DNA of 62,546 nt, filler included, from Basidiobolus ranarum (GCA_040143965.1; 14 parts of 14 records of this genome joined end to end with filler, not necessarily neighbours in it); one strand, 5' to 3'; counted from the first letter of the whole stretch, positions 49,258 through 62,546 are shown. Translations and numbers: made by a program. Notes: generated by a model from the letters alone, not told the origin.

Positions 49258-51249
49258 CTTCCTCTAAACCATCCTCGGAGATTTTATCTTCTGATAAAGT
49301 CACAATAAGTGGGACTCCAAAGAAATCGGGTATATTTCGGGAAGTTCCGAAGGATGAGGTAGAGGCTTGTTTGGAATAAGCGTTCAATACTGACAAAATC
49401 ACATATCCGGAACCACGATTAGGTGGGAAAGCAACTGCTAGCTCGTAAACATAGATAGTATCACTGATGCCAATCTCATTTAACTTGTCCGAATTCTCAA
49501 AGACTTTGTATATACGAGAAGTATATACCTCACAGGAGACCAAATTATCTGGGTTGACGCTTAACAATGAGCCTATTTTTTCTTTCATAGCCCTATGAGT
49601 ACCTCCATGGGTCATCTTGAGATTCAATTTGAGAGGACGCTTGGATGGGTCAAGCGGGACGAAATGAACTTCAAGCTTTAGATCTTTGGAGACCGGAATA
49701 GGGAGAGTCAAATACATGAAAGGATCGAAAGTCACAGAGACTTTGTTACATTCCGGACAAATCAGAGTACTTTTGTATTGGCCCTGGAACATATCCACAA
49801 TAATACTATCATTTCGTGATTTGTGGATTTCCCAGTGCTCTTTAGCAACCAAGGCATCTGGTCGACCTTCGGAATCCTTCTTCTCTATATACGGCTTATC
49901 ATAGATACGATTCAAGTCTTCGTGTAAGCCGTCTAATAAGAAAGCAATAAACTCCTGTGAATCATGTTGCTGATATCCCATGAAAGAAGGGGCAAATCGG
50001 CCAATAGTCAATTTGAACTCTCTAGGAGCGATCGAATTATTCAATCCGTTCCAAAGCCTCTCTATCAAACTACCAAAAGCCTCAGCAACCTCTCCGTTCA
50101 TGCCTAGTGGGTTTGTTTTGTTGAGCTCATGTTTATACATGCCTGAGAAAAAGTATTCTTTGAGTTCTTTGGTATTGCTTAAGCATTGAAGAGCAGAGTT
50201 CATAAAACAGGTATTGCCCAGGTTGGACAAACCCGTGACACCATGAGGTTTTGAAGATGGTACAGTGGTTTTAGAAGTGTATGCGGGAGAGATAGAGAAA
50301 ACGGGTGTATTATTTGATAAACCATTAGGTGACGCTACAACAGGCTGAGCGACATATCCAGTTGGCCACTTGCCATCCTCTTTAATCTCAACACCGATAG
50401 CATCGTACAAATGAAGCCCAAACTCCTGGATAGTTTTAGTGTCGAATTTGGTTTCTATCGGCTGAGCGCTTTCTAATTGATCGGCTTTGATAAATAGAGT
50501 TTCTGGTACATTCTCACCGAATTTCCAAAGTTTCATTTCTCTTTCAATCTCCAACAAGTCAATCACCTTGAATCGAAGATCAGAAATGGTACATCCTTTG
50601 CTGATTCGTAATTTGGGTGCTTTCTTGCTAAGCATAGAAGAAGCTGGTCGAAGTATACGCACAAGGCTCACCTCCCATGGGTAAACTTCAATGATAGCCT
50701 CTTGTCCAGAGCTTTTAATGATCGGACGAACAATCTCAGGTGTGAGAGATCCATACCTTGATATAAATCCATCAGTTTTATGATGTATGTGATCAATTGA
50801 GAGAATAAATAAATTTGGCGAAGTTTATATAGCCTTACAGGTACTAAAATACAAAGATAGAAATCTTACCAAAGTATTAGTTTCTCCCAAGCTTCTTCAG
50901 GGACGGGTACAACATCTATATCGATGCTTAGCCATTCTCTTAAGGTGGTAAAGGAACCGTCATTAAAAAGAGATGTATTGTCGATAGGCCCGGGTGAAGT
51001 GGAAGACTTTTGTGTGGCGAATTGCCTCCATTGCTCGTACCACTTATAATCAATAAGATACCGTGTCTCCCCTACTTGAAGTGGTAAATTTACAAGAGGT
51101 TGAATGATATCATACTGATCCGAAGGAGAAGGAGAAGTCTCTATAAAATAAGAACGAAAATTAAAACGCTGAATTGAAGAATTCGCCTGAAAACCCAGTG
51201 TACCATATTGTGGAGGTTGTTCATCGACTACAACAACGACTGGATCCAT
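49258..51249 (-). CDS. Ubiquitin-specific protease, USP4/15 (Ubp12)-like with DUSP domain, 3' end missing. Exons 51249-50870 and 50756-49258
   Basis: DUSP ([17 protein letters not shown]), Cys box [38 protein letters not shown] and [12 protein letters not shown]. Confidence 0.95.
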
Positions 51250-53525
51250 TAGTCAGTATTCGAAGAAATATAGAAGGATTTACAGAAGTTGCTCGATCAG
51301 AACGCGAAGACCAAGGAGTAAAATTGAACTGTATCCGAATGAATCAAAGGTAACGTAAAGAAGGTAGATAATTAACAGATTCAGACAGTATCGAATGAAG
51401 CGTAAATAAAAGAAGAACTACTCAAATGATTTGAAGGCTCAATCAGAATATGAAGTATGACGCTCAGAAAAGAAGCTACCAAAAGGAAATTTCAAGCGAA
51501 AGATTTAATAAGTTGTGAGGTGATGGATGTTTTTTCTTCGCTAATGAAATAATATCACGAAGCTTGAGACTCGCTTAATAAAAATAACAGAACAAAGCCA
51601 ACCCACGCTATACTAGCTTCTACAGAATTGTAAAGTGCAGACAAGTAGCAATCTTGGAGGAATGCAAATGCCCCAGTAACTACCTATCACAATGTGGGTC
51701 AACGTAAATATATGACAATCATATTGTTTCTTAAATCGAAACATTTCAAGTTCGTATGCTGGATGATTCCATCATTTACAAGCCGAAGCAGTCTATACAG
51801 TAAGTCATTGGATGATAATTACCTCAAAATGAACTCCCTGATAATTACCCATTACCCCATCTTTATTCATCTGATCACACTTCTTTTTTCCAGAAGAATC
51901 CTAAATGTTGCTTACGGTAGCTGAGGTAAGTCAAATGCGTCATTAGTAGTGAGCGATCAGTAAATACATTTGGCTAAGATATGATACAAAAGGAATTAAT
52001 ATTTATTGTGCAACTCGCAACAATGATGTGTTGCTTCAAGACAGTTAAGATTATATCCACAATCAAGCAAAAGTATTACGAGATTTAGTCCATTTGAATC
52101 ATTCTGTTCTAGAAGGATTTTCCATCTTGCACGTAGTAAAGTTGATGCAATGTAGCTTAAATATCTTTAGAGCATGTATACTATGTACTCTAAAGTATAA
52201 TAGTTGCTACCTTATGAGCAACGTTTTGAAAGCACTATCAGTATATTCGATTGTATGTATAGGTTGCCCAGGAAAAAGATACCAGTATTAATAGTAGGCA
52301 ACTGCGTCTTAAACCTACAAAGTCATAATGACATTATGTGTCATTGGAACTCTCATTTAATTATTTCTCAAATTCACCTATTCCTTCGAAATATGAATTA
52401 CTTACCCACATTGGTATGAAGTAGCCCATCTAATACAAGAGTTATAAACAGTTAAATGAGTACTCTCATTTAGAAGCTAGATATATTGATAGTCATACAC
52501 CAACCCAAAGATTTCAACCACTGCTACAAAGGTAATATTGAATCATATGGTGATGGATGCTCGCATTATAGTAGGCTTTGGAATACTGGTGATACCATGA
52601 TACTTAACTCATTGATGGTGTAGAACATTTTGACCATGCTAGCATACTCATATTATTGCCAGTAGTAATAGGGGCTAAACTGACAGCCCTGATATGTGCT
52701 CACAAAGTTCACAAATCTACCTACAGGTAGAGTCATTGGGCTTCCTGTCAACTCCAATTAGTAAACTTTTAATGAAGATATATGATATGTAGGCTTGATA
52801 TGAGAACACCCAATAGAATAGTGTTACTTAGCCATATGATTTGTCTAGAAAGTTCCTTTTAGTAACACCCTTCCCCTGTCTCATCTACTGTTGTCTTAAT
52901 TTGCTTGAACTCACTACATAATGCCTGTCCCATTGGTACAGGCTGGACTTTCTCCTTGCTGACAGTTTTCATTGGATATAAGCAGATCAGTAGCTGAGTC
53001 ATACTGGGGATTTGATTTGTCAGAGAATTCTATGATAGCTCATAACCAAGTAGCTGAATATTCCAAAGAATCACATGTTAGAGTGTTCCTACTGCATCTG
53101 GAGTGATTATTAATATCTCACCAATTGAGTGCTTATTGTTCAGATGAGTCAAAATGATATAGCTCCAGAACTTAGAAAATACTTATGAATACCAAATATC
53201 TGCTCAGCAAAACTGTACCCTAGAATGTTCTGTGACCTAATTAAGCGCAAAGTTTTACCTAATTAGACCAATAGATCCAGATTTTATAAAACTTAAGCAG
53301 TTATGAAATTTACTATACCATTCTCCTATAGCAAATTAATGATATGGATTGCGGCAACGATTGGTTAATACTAATGTAGAAATAGTAAGGAAATAAAATT
53401 TGTATATATATCAAGCCAAAACGATATCGACACTGTTTAGACTTTTCTTCTTTCTCACTAGGATCTATATTTCCGGTGTTTTATATTCGATTTCCAAAAA
53501 AACACTCTAACCCCAACTCTAAATC

Positions 53526-53622
53526 ATGGCCAGAACCACACAAACCCCCCGTAAGTCTACTGGAGCCCAGGAGCCTCGCAAGCAGCTAATACCGAAGCTT
53601 GCGCGTAAGACCACAATCAAGT
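53526..53622 (+). CDS. Divergent histone H3-like N-terminal tail (32 codons), cut by the contig end
   Basis: MARTTQTPRKSTGAQEPRKQLIPKLARKTTIK aligns without gaps to the H3 tail [31 protein letters not shown]. Good ATG context and TATA-like elements upstream. Confidence 0.8.
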
Positions 53623-53722
53623 NNNNNNNNNNNNNNNNNNNNNNNNNNNNNNNNNNNNNNNNNNNNTTAATTAATTAANNNNNNNNNNNNNNNNNNNNNN
53701 NNNNNNNNNNNNNNNNNNNNNN

Positions 53723-54214
53723 CTGTTGGCTTTATCTGCTACTCAAGCAAATAACGGCTTGCCCATAGGACTGATCCTCTTCTTCCCATTATTATTTACT
53801 GCTGGAATGTCACTGATAGATACCTTGGACGGTATGCTCATGCTATGCACCTATAGCTGGGCCTTCATCTCCCCTATTCGTAAGATTTACTTCAACTTCA
53901 CCATCACGTTTATCTCAGTAGTCATTGCCCTTATCATCGGTATGGTGCAAGTTTTCAACATACTGGGAGATAAGCTTGACCTAAAAGGAGCGTTCTGGGA
54001 ATTTTTCGGCGAGGTTGGAGATCATTTTGATATTATTGGATATTGTATTGTTGGTCTTTTCGTATTTATCTGGATTGTGGCTATTATCATATACAAATTC
54101 GGAGGGTTCCAAGATCTCGAGAAGGATATTGTTGTGATCCGTGGAGACAACGATGTCGCACAATTGGAGAAAGGAGAAGAAGAAACAAAGGGAGTCTCGA
54201 TTTCAACCCAATAA
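53723..54214 (+). CDS. High-affinity nickel transporter (NiCoT family) C-terminal half, 5' end missing
   Basis: PLLFTAGMSLIDTLDG..M...YSWAF..P.RKIYFN.TIT.ISV.IA NiCoT signature, plus hydrophobic helices. Confidence 0.9.
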   Translation: MLALSATQANNGLPIGLILFFPLLFTAGMSLIDTLDGMLMLCTYSWAFISPIRKIYFNFTITFISVVIALIIGMVQVFNILGDKLDLKGAFWEFFGEVGDHFDIIGYCIVGLFVFIWIVAIIIYKFGGFQDLEKDIVVIRGDNDVAQLEKGEEETKGVSISTQ

Positions 54215-55248
54215 TCTTGAGTAACAAAATTAATTCGTAAATACTACTGTGAACTCATGTACAGGCTGTTATTTATTTCTTTTTTATCCTAAAATAAACT
54301 TATTAATTGCCCATATCTTCATGTTGTGACTGGCGATATCTTGCATTACCTGATGAATCATTGCTAACAAGACAAGGCGGAGCAGCTTGTTGAATGTCAT
54401 TATAGGCTCAAGCTCTATGTATAGCTAACACACCAAGGCCAGTCGACAATGAAATCCTAGAGAGTCCATTAGTAGGCTACTTATTACTTAGGGATGATCA
54501 GCAAGAAAATGTAGATGGCGCCTGTTCTACTTCGATAATCTCGAAAGTCAGCTGTCGTAGCAGCGCTATCCCTCACCCTAGTATCGCCATCATAATCTTG
54601 CCTTTGGCCTTGCATTACACAGAACATACGGAATCGAAAATCACTGGTGGCATGAGGTCTGTCCAATGTGCATAAAAAGGAGAACGGCTAAAAGGTAGCA
54701 CAAGTACCCATGGATGAGGATGCTTTGTATTGCTATTTGTAGTAAGATTTGCCATCTGGTGAAATGGCGGTTATTTCGAGCCAGGTTCAATATGATGCCT
54801 GGCTGAATAAATGTATGTATCGAAGTTACGGTGCTGGATTGTGAATATCTCATTGCTCTAGATTATCCACACTTGGCTATTATCATACAAGGGTTAACGC
54901 ATGTCGTTATCTCAAGAAATGCTGATCCTGAACAACTCTCTCACTTAATAACCTCCGTATCACCTTTGGGCTACATAGAGTCCCATCACTAGCTGACAGT
55001 CTATTGGCTATGCTCTACAAAGAGTTTTTCAAAAACGGTTAGTAATGAAAGCATTTCAGGATTTGACTGTCGCTGAGCGGTAAATTTCTCTTATCATTTC
55101 TACCTGCATTGGGTGTTGTGACTACCGATCAACATACAACCAGCAGAACAATCAGCATTACCACTAACTAACTAACACTAACCACTATTAGTATTAGACT
55201 GTAAGCATTTATTAAGAACAGATCGATGTTTTATTCAAGTAAATTCAC

Positions 55249-57174
55249 TCAGGATAGCTCGCTTAATGTTCTCCAAAAAACCATTCTCGGATCTCTGATG
55301 TCATCCTCCATGGCCTCTTTCCCCATTATACCACCAGATTCGAAAACCAAGGATGATCCAGTCCCCTCACTCAAAGGTTCCCAAGATTCATTCGGCACTC
55401 CGTGGCTTGCAAAATTCACCCAGTATTCAGTGACCTTCTCCGATAGCTCTTTCTCAGCTTCAGTAAGATGACTAATATGATAGAAGACAAACGGAATCTC
55501 CACTCCGTGGTGAATGCCAAGGTTTAGAGAGGCGGTTCTTTGCAGAGGTGCGTTGAAGCGATAGAAGTAAATATTGCGCAAAGAGTCTTTATGAGCTAAA
55601 TCACGGGCGTCATCACGAATGGGACGTGTAAATATCTTATCACCAAATATTCTGGCACCTGCAAGAGCTGTTGAACCACCAAATGAATCCAAGGGGTAGA
55701 GATCTTCAATTTTCTGGACAATCCCTGAAGGAAAAGTAGCCTCGAGGTTGGCCCTATACGTTTCTTCTTTACCGAATCCCGCCAAAAAGATTGTTCCTTC
55801 ATCAGTGTTTTCCCCAATAATAATATCCTTCACGAATGGATCTATATTTTCGGGCTTTTGTAATAGAAGTCTTGGATTTTCTTTGATTGTAACTCCATCG
55901 ATAGTTCCAACCCACAATATACGCATTTCTGTGGCTAGTTTATCTATGACTTCAATAAGTATTTCACTGGACACCTTGCGTAATTGAGACACCTTGTCGT
56001 CTCCTGTTATATCCAAGTGTTTGCAGATTTTATCAAAAATTATTTGTTGTTTCTCTATGGTAGCGGCTGGTAGAGTGTCCAAGCCACCGGACTGTAAGAT
56101 AGCTCGATTGAATAGTCCTCTCGAGATAACAAGGTGATGGGCCAGACTAACCGAGCCTGCTGATTCACCAAATCCACAGATACGACTATCATCACCGCCA
56201 AAAGAAGAGATGTTTTCTTTAACCTAACATCAATAACCAAAAGTATCGGTCAATAAATATAGGAATCCAAATGCTTGCAAAACATTTCCTTAATTCCCCT
56301 TTCACCTACTCAAAGTAACTTACCCACTCAAAGGCAAACCGTTGGTCCAGGAATCCATAGTTTCCTGCAGTCCCATCGCCAGAGTCCTGCGCAAGTTCCT
56401 TACTAGCTAGGAAGCCAAACAAGTTTAACCGATAGTTAATGACTACTACAAGGACCGGGTGTCTTTTAACCAGATTAGTAGCATCTATAATGTTGAGAGA
56501 AGCATTTAATATAAGGTTTACGTAGTTGGGTCTCAAGTTTTGTTATAATTTGAACATAATAGTTTTACCGTATAGTGCAAGAGAGTTGGAACCATCCTTC
56601 AAAGAGCCGCCATGTATCCATACCTTCAGGAAGAAAGTGGCTATCAATATATATTCCCGCTCTGAAAAAAGAATAACAAACGAACCATCACTGGCCAGCC
56701 ATCCTTGGGCTTGGTCTCATAAGGGGGTGTATAAATGTTTAAATTCAAACAATTATCTTCATCCTGACCTGGAACATAGTCTGGTATACCAGGAAAGGTT
56801 GGTATAAGAGATTTTGGTTGAGGGCAGCTTGGCCTTAGAAAATTAGACATGGTGTAAATAAGTAACAATTGTGACAAAGTGAATTTTGTACTCCATATAA
56901 AACTTACCCATGTTGAGTTGCATCGTAAACTTTCTCGGAATTAGGCTGTACTTTCTGTGGTTTTTTCCATCTCAGCTCACCAACTGGTGCCTTTTATCCA
57001 AATGATGTTTAAGAAATAAGAAATTTTCTACCTGCAGGCTATTAAAGATAAGCGATAACACACCTTTGCGTAAGGAATATTGTAAAAAGCCTGGTGAGTT
57101 CCATATGCGTATCCTTGATACTTTCCTTGTGGTAGTTGAACGTCTACTGGGCTTGGGTTATTTTGAGAGGTCAT
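55249..57174 (-). CDS. Type-B carboxylesterase, multi-exon, no evident signal peptide
   Basis: NIPYAK|APVGELRWK, EDNCLNLNIY, VWIHGG, NYRL..FGF, GNYGFLDQ, GESAG, NTDEG and HHGVEI (Ser-Glu-His triad). ATG at 57174. Confidence 0.93.
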
Positions 57175-58185
57175 GCTTATGCAACTATTAGTTGGTCAGT
57201 CCAACCAGACAAGACGGGCAAATGGTAAGTTTTATAGAGATATTTTATTGGTTATGGGATGTTAATTTGTCTTATTGGGGCTAATGGTGAAATACCTGCT
57301 ATTCTCAAACAATAGGGTGTCTTCTAAATTTAGACCACTCATCATTCATAATCGACCACGGTTTTAAATAAAGCCTGGACAGATACCGCTGATTGCTGGT
57401 GTGAAAAAAGCTTACTCATGCAAAATACCGCTTACAGTTTAATTGATAGCTACGGACCAACATATCGAGAATGTACAATTTGTTATCCAAGTAGATCAGA
57501 ATGTAGCAACGTTTCTCATACCAAAGAGTGAAACGTGCGCATCCATTCAAGAAATGTACTTGATTTGGCATCGAAAATTCCTGCACTAGTGCCATATTTT
57601 CCACTTGGCAAGTGCCATTCTGAATGTTCCTAATTCCCAATAATTTGGAGAAATCTCCGTGCTTTTAATTCCTCCTAACCTAATAAATATGATATACGGT
57701 TAGATAATTGTAGTAATTTGTGGAATTGAAAATTGCCCTAAGTGATGGTAACTTTATTTAGCTAAAGTATTATTCTAAACAAAGTGATATTTGTGTTGTA
57801 TAAGTAATCTTTATTCAACATCTTAGCTTAGTTATGATGCATTTATCAGGATCAGAAGGCAATGTATCTATGGCCCCTATATTCTAATTAGGAATTAGGG
57901 TATAGACATTCTGGTAAGGGTAAGGATGAAAAGAGGGGTGCTGGGGTATGCAATCAACTTACTGTTGGAGCATCTTGACACAATGGGTGTAGACTTTGTG
58001 TATTAGAAGCAACTTATGATAGTGTGTTTTTAGTTACTTTATTCTTAAGAGTATATGGTGACTTATATAGTAGAACAGTGAATCANNNNNNNNNNNNNNN
58101 NNNNNNNNNNNNNNNNNNNNNNNNNNNNNTTAATTAATTAANNNNNNNNNNNNNNNNNNNNNNNNNNNNNNNNNNNNNNNNNNNN

Positions 58186-59030
58186 ATTCAGGACTGTAAC
58201 TATAATATCTTGATCAGTAGTAGGTACTCCAATGCATTCAATTTCATCCACTAAAATAGTGACTCTATTAATTAGTGATATAATGTCTTCTCCTGGCTTC
58301 ATCTTTAAGTTAAATAATTGTCTTCTTAGAAACATCTTGTTGGCAGCAGAACTTGTTTGGTAGGTGTCTTCCAAGGCTTTCCATACCTTCTTGCCAGTTT
58401 TAGCTCTTGAACAATGAATTAGCAATTTGCTTTAACATTATCACAAATTGTGTTAAAGACACTTTGTTCTTTTTTAACCTGGTGTAAAACTTCAGTTTCA
58501 GATAGTTTTTCATTGTTTTTTTCTCCTACAACAGTGTCCCAAAGTCCTTTATCTTGTAGCAGCATTTTCATTTTAATTTGCCAAACTTGACAATTGGTTC
58601 CATCCAATTTTTGAGAAGAGGGAAAAGTTCCATAGATTTGAGAAGTAGACATTACAAAGATGGCAAGCTTGGGCTTATAACCTTTTAAAGTATTTGGGAG
58701 CCTATTGGAAGTGGTTTGGAGAATTAGAAGAATTGGTGGTTTTCACTGATTGCTTTATTGAGTGGAAATTTGACATATATATTTTTGTCAAAATTTAAAC
58801 AGACTAAGATGTAGAGTGTGTTAAGAAAGATCCCAGGAGCATGTGTGCAAAGTTTGGAACTTCTAGCACAAGTTTGAAAAATCTATATATATGAGAACTT
58901 CTAAGTTGGTAAAAGTATTCTGAGTAAATTCCAACTGAGAATAATGGATAGTATCTTAGTAAATTATAAGATAACTAAGTACTAAGCTATACATGACTAT
59001 ATAGGTATTTAGGCAATGCTAACTTCAACA
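58186..59030 (-). mobile_element. Copia family B 5' end: LTR 59030-58683, PBS 58682-58671, frameshifted gag
   Basis: PBS GGTTATAAGCCC; gag KLDGTNCQVWQIKMKMLLQDKGLW and VWKALEDTY...FLRRQLFNLKM. Confidence 0.9.
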
Positions 59031-59189
59031 AATTGAACTAAGATGATGAATAAAGATTAATCATCCCACAGTTTGTTTACAACTTAAAAAACTATAAATG
59101 CCAACTTTCTACTCAATAAATTATCAAGTAAAACCACCAATTTCTCTAATTCACCAAACTACTTCCAACAGGCTCTCAAATACTTTAAT

Positions 59190-61850
59190 GCAAATTGGTC
59201 TAAATTTGATCCAAACAGCATGTTATGCATATTTCTGCATTGTTGGACTTAAACTAAGGCCTACAGACTTTGTGATATCAAAACTTCAAAGTAACCAAGT
59301 ACATGGATGTTGTGTTCTATGAAAATGATAAATCCTTGCCTAGAATGACTGCAGATGCAAACAAAAATCAATTTTCGCCTGATCCAATCATACCAATTCA
59401 AACAAACCGCAACAATCAAGAAAATAGCATTTCTGTTGACCCCTCAACTATGATTCCCCCTACTGAAGTGCCCAATGCAATGCCAGAAGTTGTAGTATCC
59501 TTATCCCAAACCAGAATATAATATCAGGTCAGAAATAGCTCTGATTACCGTACCCTAACAAAAATAGAATCAATTTGATCCGGATCAGATCCACCCTCCA
59601 AAAGAGCAAAACTGTCAGAGAACCATCACAATATTGGTGGCTTGCATTCTGCCAGGGATATTGATGGTGTGATGGTGGTTTCTTGATGGTATTTTGATGG
59701 TATTCATACATGTTAAAAGATTGATCCTCAAATTTGGCATGCGTTATTCAATATCCGGCAATATTTGCAAAAAAATAATTTTTGAATGGCAAATTACTGG
59801 GTTTACAGCTGTAGGAATTCAAATTAATATGCATGCCTTTATTGAGATATTTTAGGCTTTGTATTCCAGCCATAATGAGAATCAAAAAATACAAGAATCT
59901 TGTTGTGTTTAGTCTCTACATATGCACATATTTGACTGATTAGACATAACTCAACAACATCAATATGCTTTACCAGCAAACTAATGGTGGAAAAGTTGCT
60001 AAACATCAGAAATTTTAAATAGCACTGACACTTGGCAAAGAGCTGACTCTTGTTACCATTCACAATGAGAATAAGCTCTTGGATTTTGGCAAATTTCCAT
60101 AAAGAATTCAGCCTATGTATCCCTGGCTTGCAGTCAACAAGTGTCCTGCCACAAGTAGATGTGTCATTGCTGGAATAGATTACCCCACGGCTAAAACAAT
60201 AATACTGCATATCTTGATCTATCTCACCAAGAAGTCTGTTTTGCAGCTTTCCTAAAAATACTGTCAGATTATCACACAAGCAAATTAGTCTGATTATAGA
60301 GGTACTTACTCTGTGTCCATGGATTGAGCTTTGTTGCTATTATTGTGCTCAAACAATGCAAAGACCCATGAGCACATTGAAAAGAGCCCTTTGTTGGCAG
60401 GTTAATATACTCTGGAGTCTGCTTAACCCATTGCATTACATCCATCACTGATTTTGCTGATACATAGCTAATCAGATTAGCATACAGTAGGGCCTATAAT
60501 CTCTAAGCTTTGTGAAATATGTAGCAGAGAATGTATTGAACACTGGCATAGATTCAGTCTATCTTCTTTAAACCTGTAATAAAGTTTTCATATCCAATTA
60601 CAAAATCTTTGCACAATTGCTGTATCTGCCTGAGATCTGCCAATGTGAGTTGATGCCGCAAAAATATATTAACAATATCAACAAACAACTCTCATTGTTG
60701 CCAATACTTATCAGGCAGAAATCTTTTCAAAATTCCACTTGAGATGGTTTTCCTACAATAACAATCCTCAAATTTCTGTTATGCTATATCAATGAGCTCC
60801 AATATTAGCCCTATGCCTGATCAGCTCAAATACATGAACCTCAGAATTTAAAAGAGGCCCTGAATGTCGCCTGTACAAAATTTTGGATATTTGCAATGGC
60901 TGATGAGTACCAGGCTTTGATTGATAATCAAAACTTGGATTTTAACAAACTTACCAGATTATAGAAAATCAGTTGGCTACCCATGGACATTTAAAGTTAA
61001 CACAATTCTGATCGCAATATAGAAAGATACAGGGCTAGACTAGTAACCAAAGCCTATTACCAAGTATCAGGAATAGATTATTCAAATACTTTAGCTCCTG
61101 CAGCAAGGTTTAATTCAATTAGCTTGATTTTAGCAATTTCAGCTAAATATCAGTTTTTAATACATCAAATCAAAATTAAAGCTGCTTTTTTGTATGGCAA
61201 GCTTGCTGAGAATATCTATATGGGCCCATCAGATAGATTTGCAAACACAGAAAGCCCTTAAAAAGCTTTCAGACTCTGGAAAACACTCTATGACTTAAAG
61301 CAATCTCCCAGAACTTAGAATAGCAAGATAGATGCTTTTTTCCCAACACTCATATTCCAAAAGAGTAATGCTGGCTATAGTGTCTACTTCAGGCCAGATG
61401 AGACAAACCCAGTTTTATTAGCCTTATATGTTGATGACTTTATTATAGGAATCAACAACTCAAAGACTTTGGAGAGAGCCAAATCCTACTTATCTGCCAA
61501 ATTCAGAATATAATATTGGGGAACTGACATACTGTCTTGGAATACAAATTAAGATAGAGAGCACTACCAGAGCAATAACTTTCAACCAGTCTAAGTGTAC
61601 TCTAGATATATGTATAAAGTTTAAAATGGAAAAATATAACTCAGTATCTATTGCAAAAATAACATATCTTAACTTGATCAAAAATGGATCAAGTCAAACA
61701 TTCATGGATTCAAATGAAAGCCAGAAATTTCTTTATCAATCTATGGTTGACAGTTTGCTATATATCATGGTGGGAACATGGCCAGATATTGCTTCTTCTG
61801 TTGGAGTTATGTGCCAATATCTTCAAAATTAAGGATCTGATCAAATCATA
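59190..61850 (+). mobile_element. Degenerate copia (end of integrase through RT), interrupted by transposon D
   Basis: DVVFYEN, IERYRARLVTK, LYVDDF and YQSMVDSLLY...PDIASSVG fragments. Confidence 0.85.
59553..60784 (+). mobile_element. Internally deleted transposon D with both ends (CCCTAACA...TGTTATGC) and an apparent TA TSD
   Basis: The left end and transposase 3' region are fused at ~60741 to the right terminus. TA at 59551-59552 and 60785-60786. Confidence 0.75.
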
Positions 61851-61853
61851 GCA

Positions 61854-62087
61854 TCCTATCAAATATAAATTTATTTGATCCAGATTGGATCTACTCCTCT
61901 GGATTGCAAAACCATCAGAAAACCATCACAATATAGGTGGCTTGCATTCTGCCAGGGATTTTGATGGTGAGATGGCAGCTTCTTGATGGTATTCACACAG
62001 GGTAAAATATTAATGCTTGTATTCGGCATGTATTATGTAATTTCCAACAATTTTTCAAAAAACTAATTTTCAAATGGCAAATTACTG
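61854..62087 (+). mobile_element. Further left terminus of transposon D
   Basis: Colinear with 59553-59798. Confidence 0.75.
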
Positions 62088-62089
62088 AG

Positions 62090-62546
62090 TTGATGGAAAG
62101 TCAATTTCCACTTCTTTCAAACTTCCTTGCCTTTCTTGCTGAACTGGAAGCCACATTTGGAAATGCAGATAAGAAAAGAACTTCAGCCACCAAGCTCTGT
62201 GCACTTAAACAAGGGTCAAAACCTGCTTCAACTTATGCTGCAGAATTCCGCCTTCTTGCCTGTGATCTCAATTGGGGAGAATCTGCCCTGCTCAACCAAT
62301 TCCAATATGGACTCCAAGAAAACATTAAGGATCTTTTACTCACTATAGCTGATCCAGTGACCTTGACTGATGCTATCCACCAGGCAGTTAAATGTGATAA
62401 CAGGTTATTTGAAAGACAACAACAAAGAAATATGGTTCCTTTCTTCTCTCCTTCATCATCGACTTTCAGACCCCCCTTCCATCAAACACAAAATACAGCT
62501 CAAGCTGATGACCCAATGCAAAATGATGGAACTTGCATCCAAAAGC
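62090..62546 (+). mobile_element. Ty3/gypsy gag fragment, open to the window end
   Basis: FLAELEATFG...KLCALKQGSKPASTYAAEFRLLA.DLNWGESAL..QFQYGLQENIKD...AVKCDNR...DDPMQ.D is a typical retrotransposon-gag pattern. Confidence 0.88.

Noticed and set aside
52440-53250. Possible gypsy protease-region relic on the minus strand
   Set aside because: CpG-poor and TE-like, but too decayed for me to identify a convincing motif.
4392-58185. Regularly spaced TTAATTAATTAA motif about every 4.47 kb, resembling an array
   Set aside because: It is an artificial linker between length-sorted contigs. Genes on different contigs are therefore not neighbours, and no gene cluster can be inferred across spacers.

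Overview
This is eukaryotic fungal DNA. It has short GT-AG introns, an Rrm4-type RRM/MLLE gene, Tup1, FNIP and a NiCoT gene, which fit a non-ascomycete and possibly an early-diverging lineage (inference only). It is not one locus. It is 14 short contigs sorted by length (4391 down to 4361 bp), joined by 13 artificial 100-bp N-TTAATTAATTAA-N spacers. About half the sequence is nested, CpG-depleted transposon debris: at least three Ty1/copia families and their LTRs, a CCC-terminated CACTA/CMC-like DNA transposon, and a Ty3/gypsy gag. The rest holds host genes: acyl-CoA oxidase, an FCP1/NIF phosphatase, a Tup1 lacking WD40 repeats, RPL20, TIM9, a divergent MoaE, the FNIP C-terminus, Rrm4, a KP4-like toxin, a DUSP-USP, NiCoT, a carboxylesterase and a divergent histone H3 N-tail. 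The most notable observations are: (1) a ~280-bp LTR family with a 5-bp TSD that carries a tRNA-shaped Pol III promoter, seen twice; (2) an H3 tail lacking K4 and K14 but keeping K9 and K27; (3) an intronless KP4 killer-toxin homologue very close to the viral toxin; (4) a Tup_N-only gene; (5) half-tRNA priming sites in two copia families; (6) a PTS2 signal on acyl-CoA oxidase. Family assignments come from motif recognition by eye; no database searches were run.
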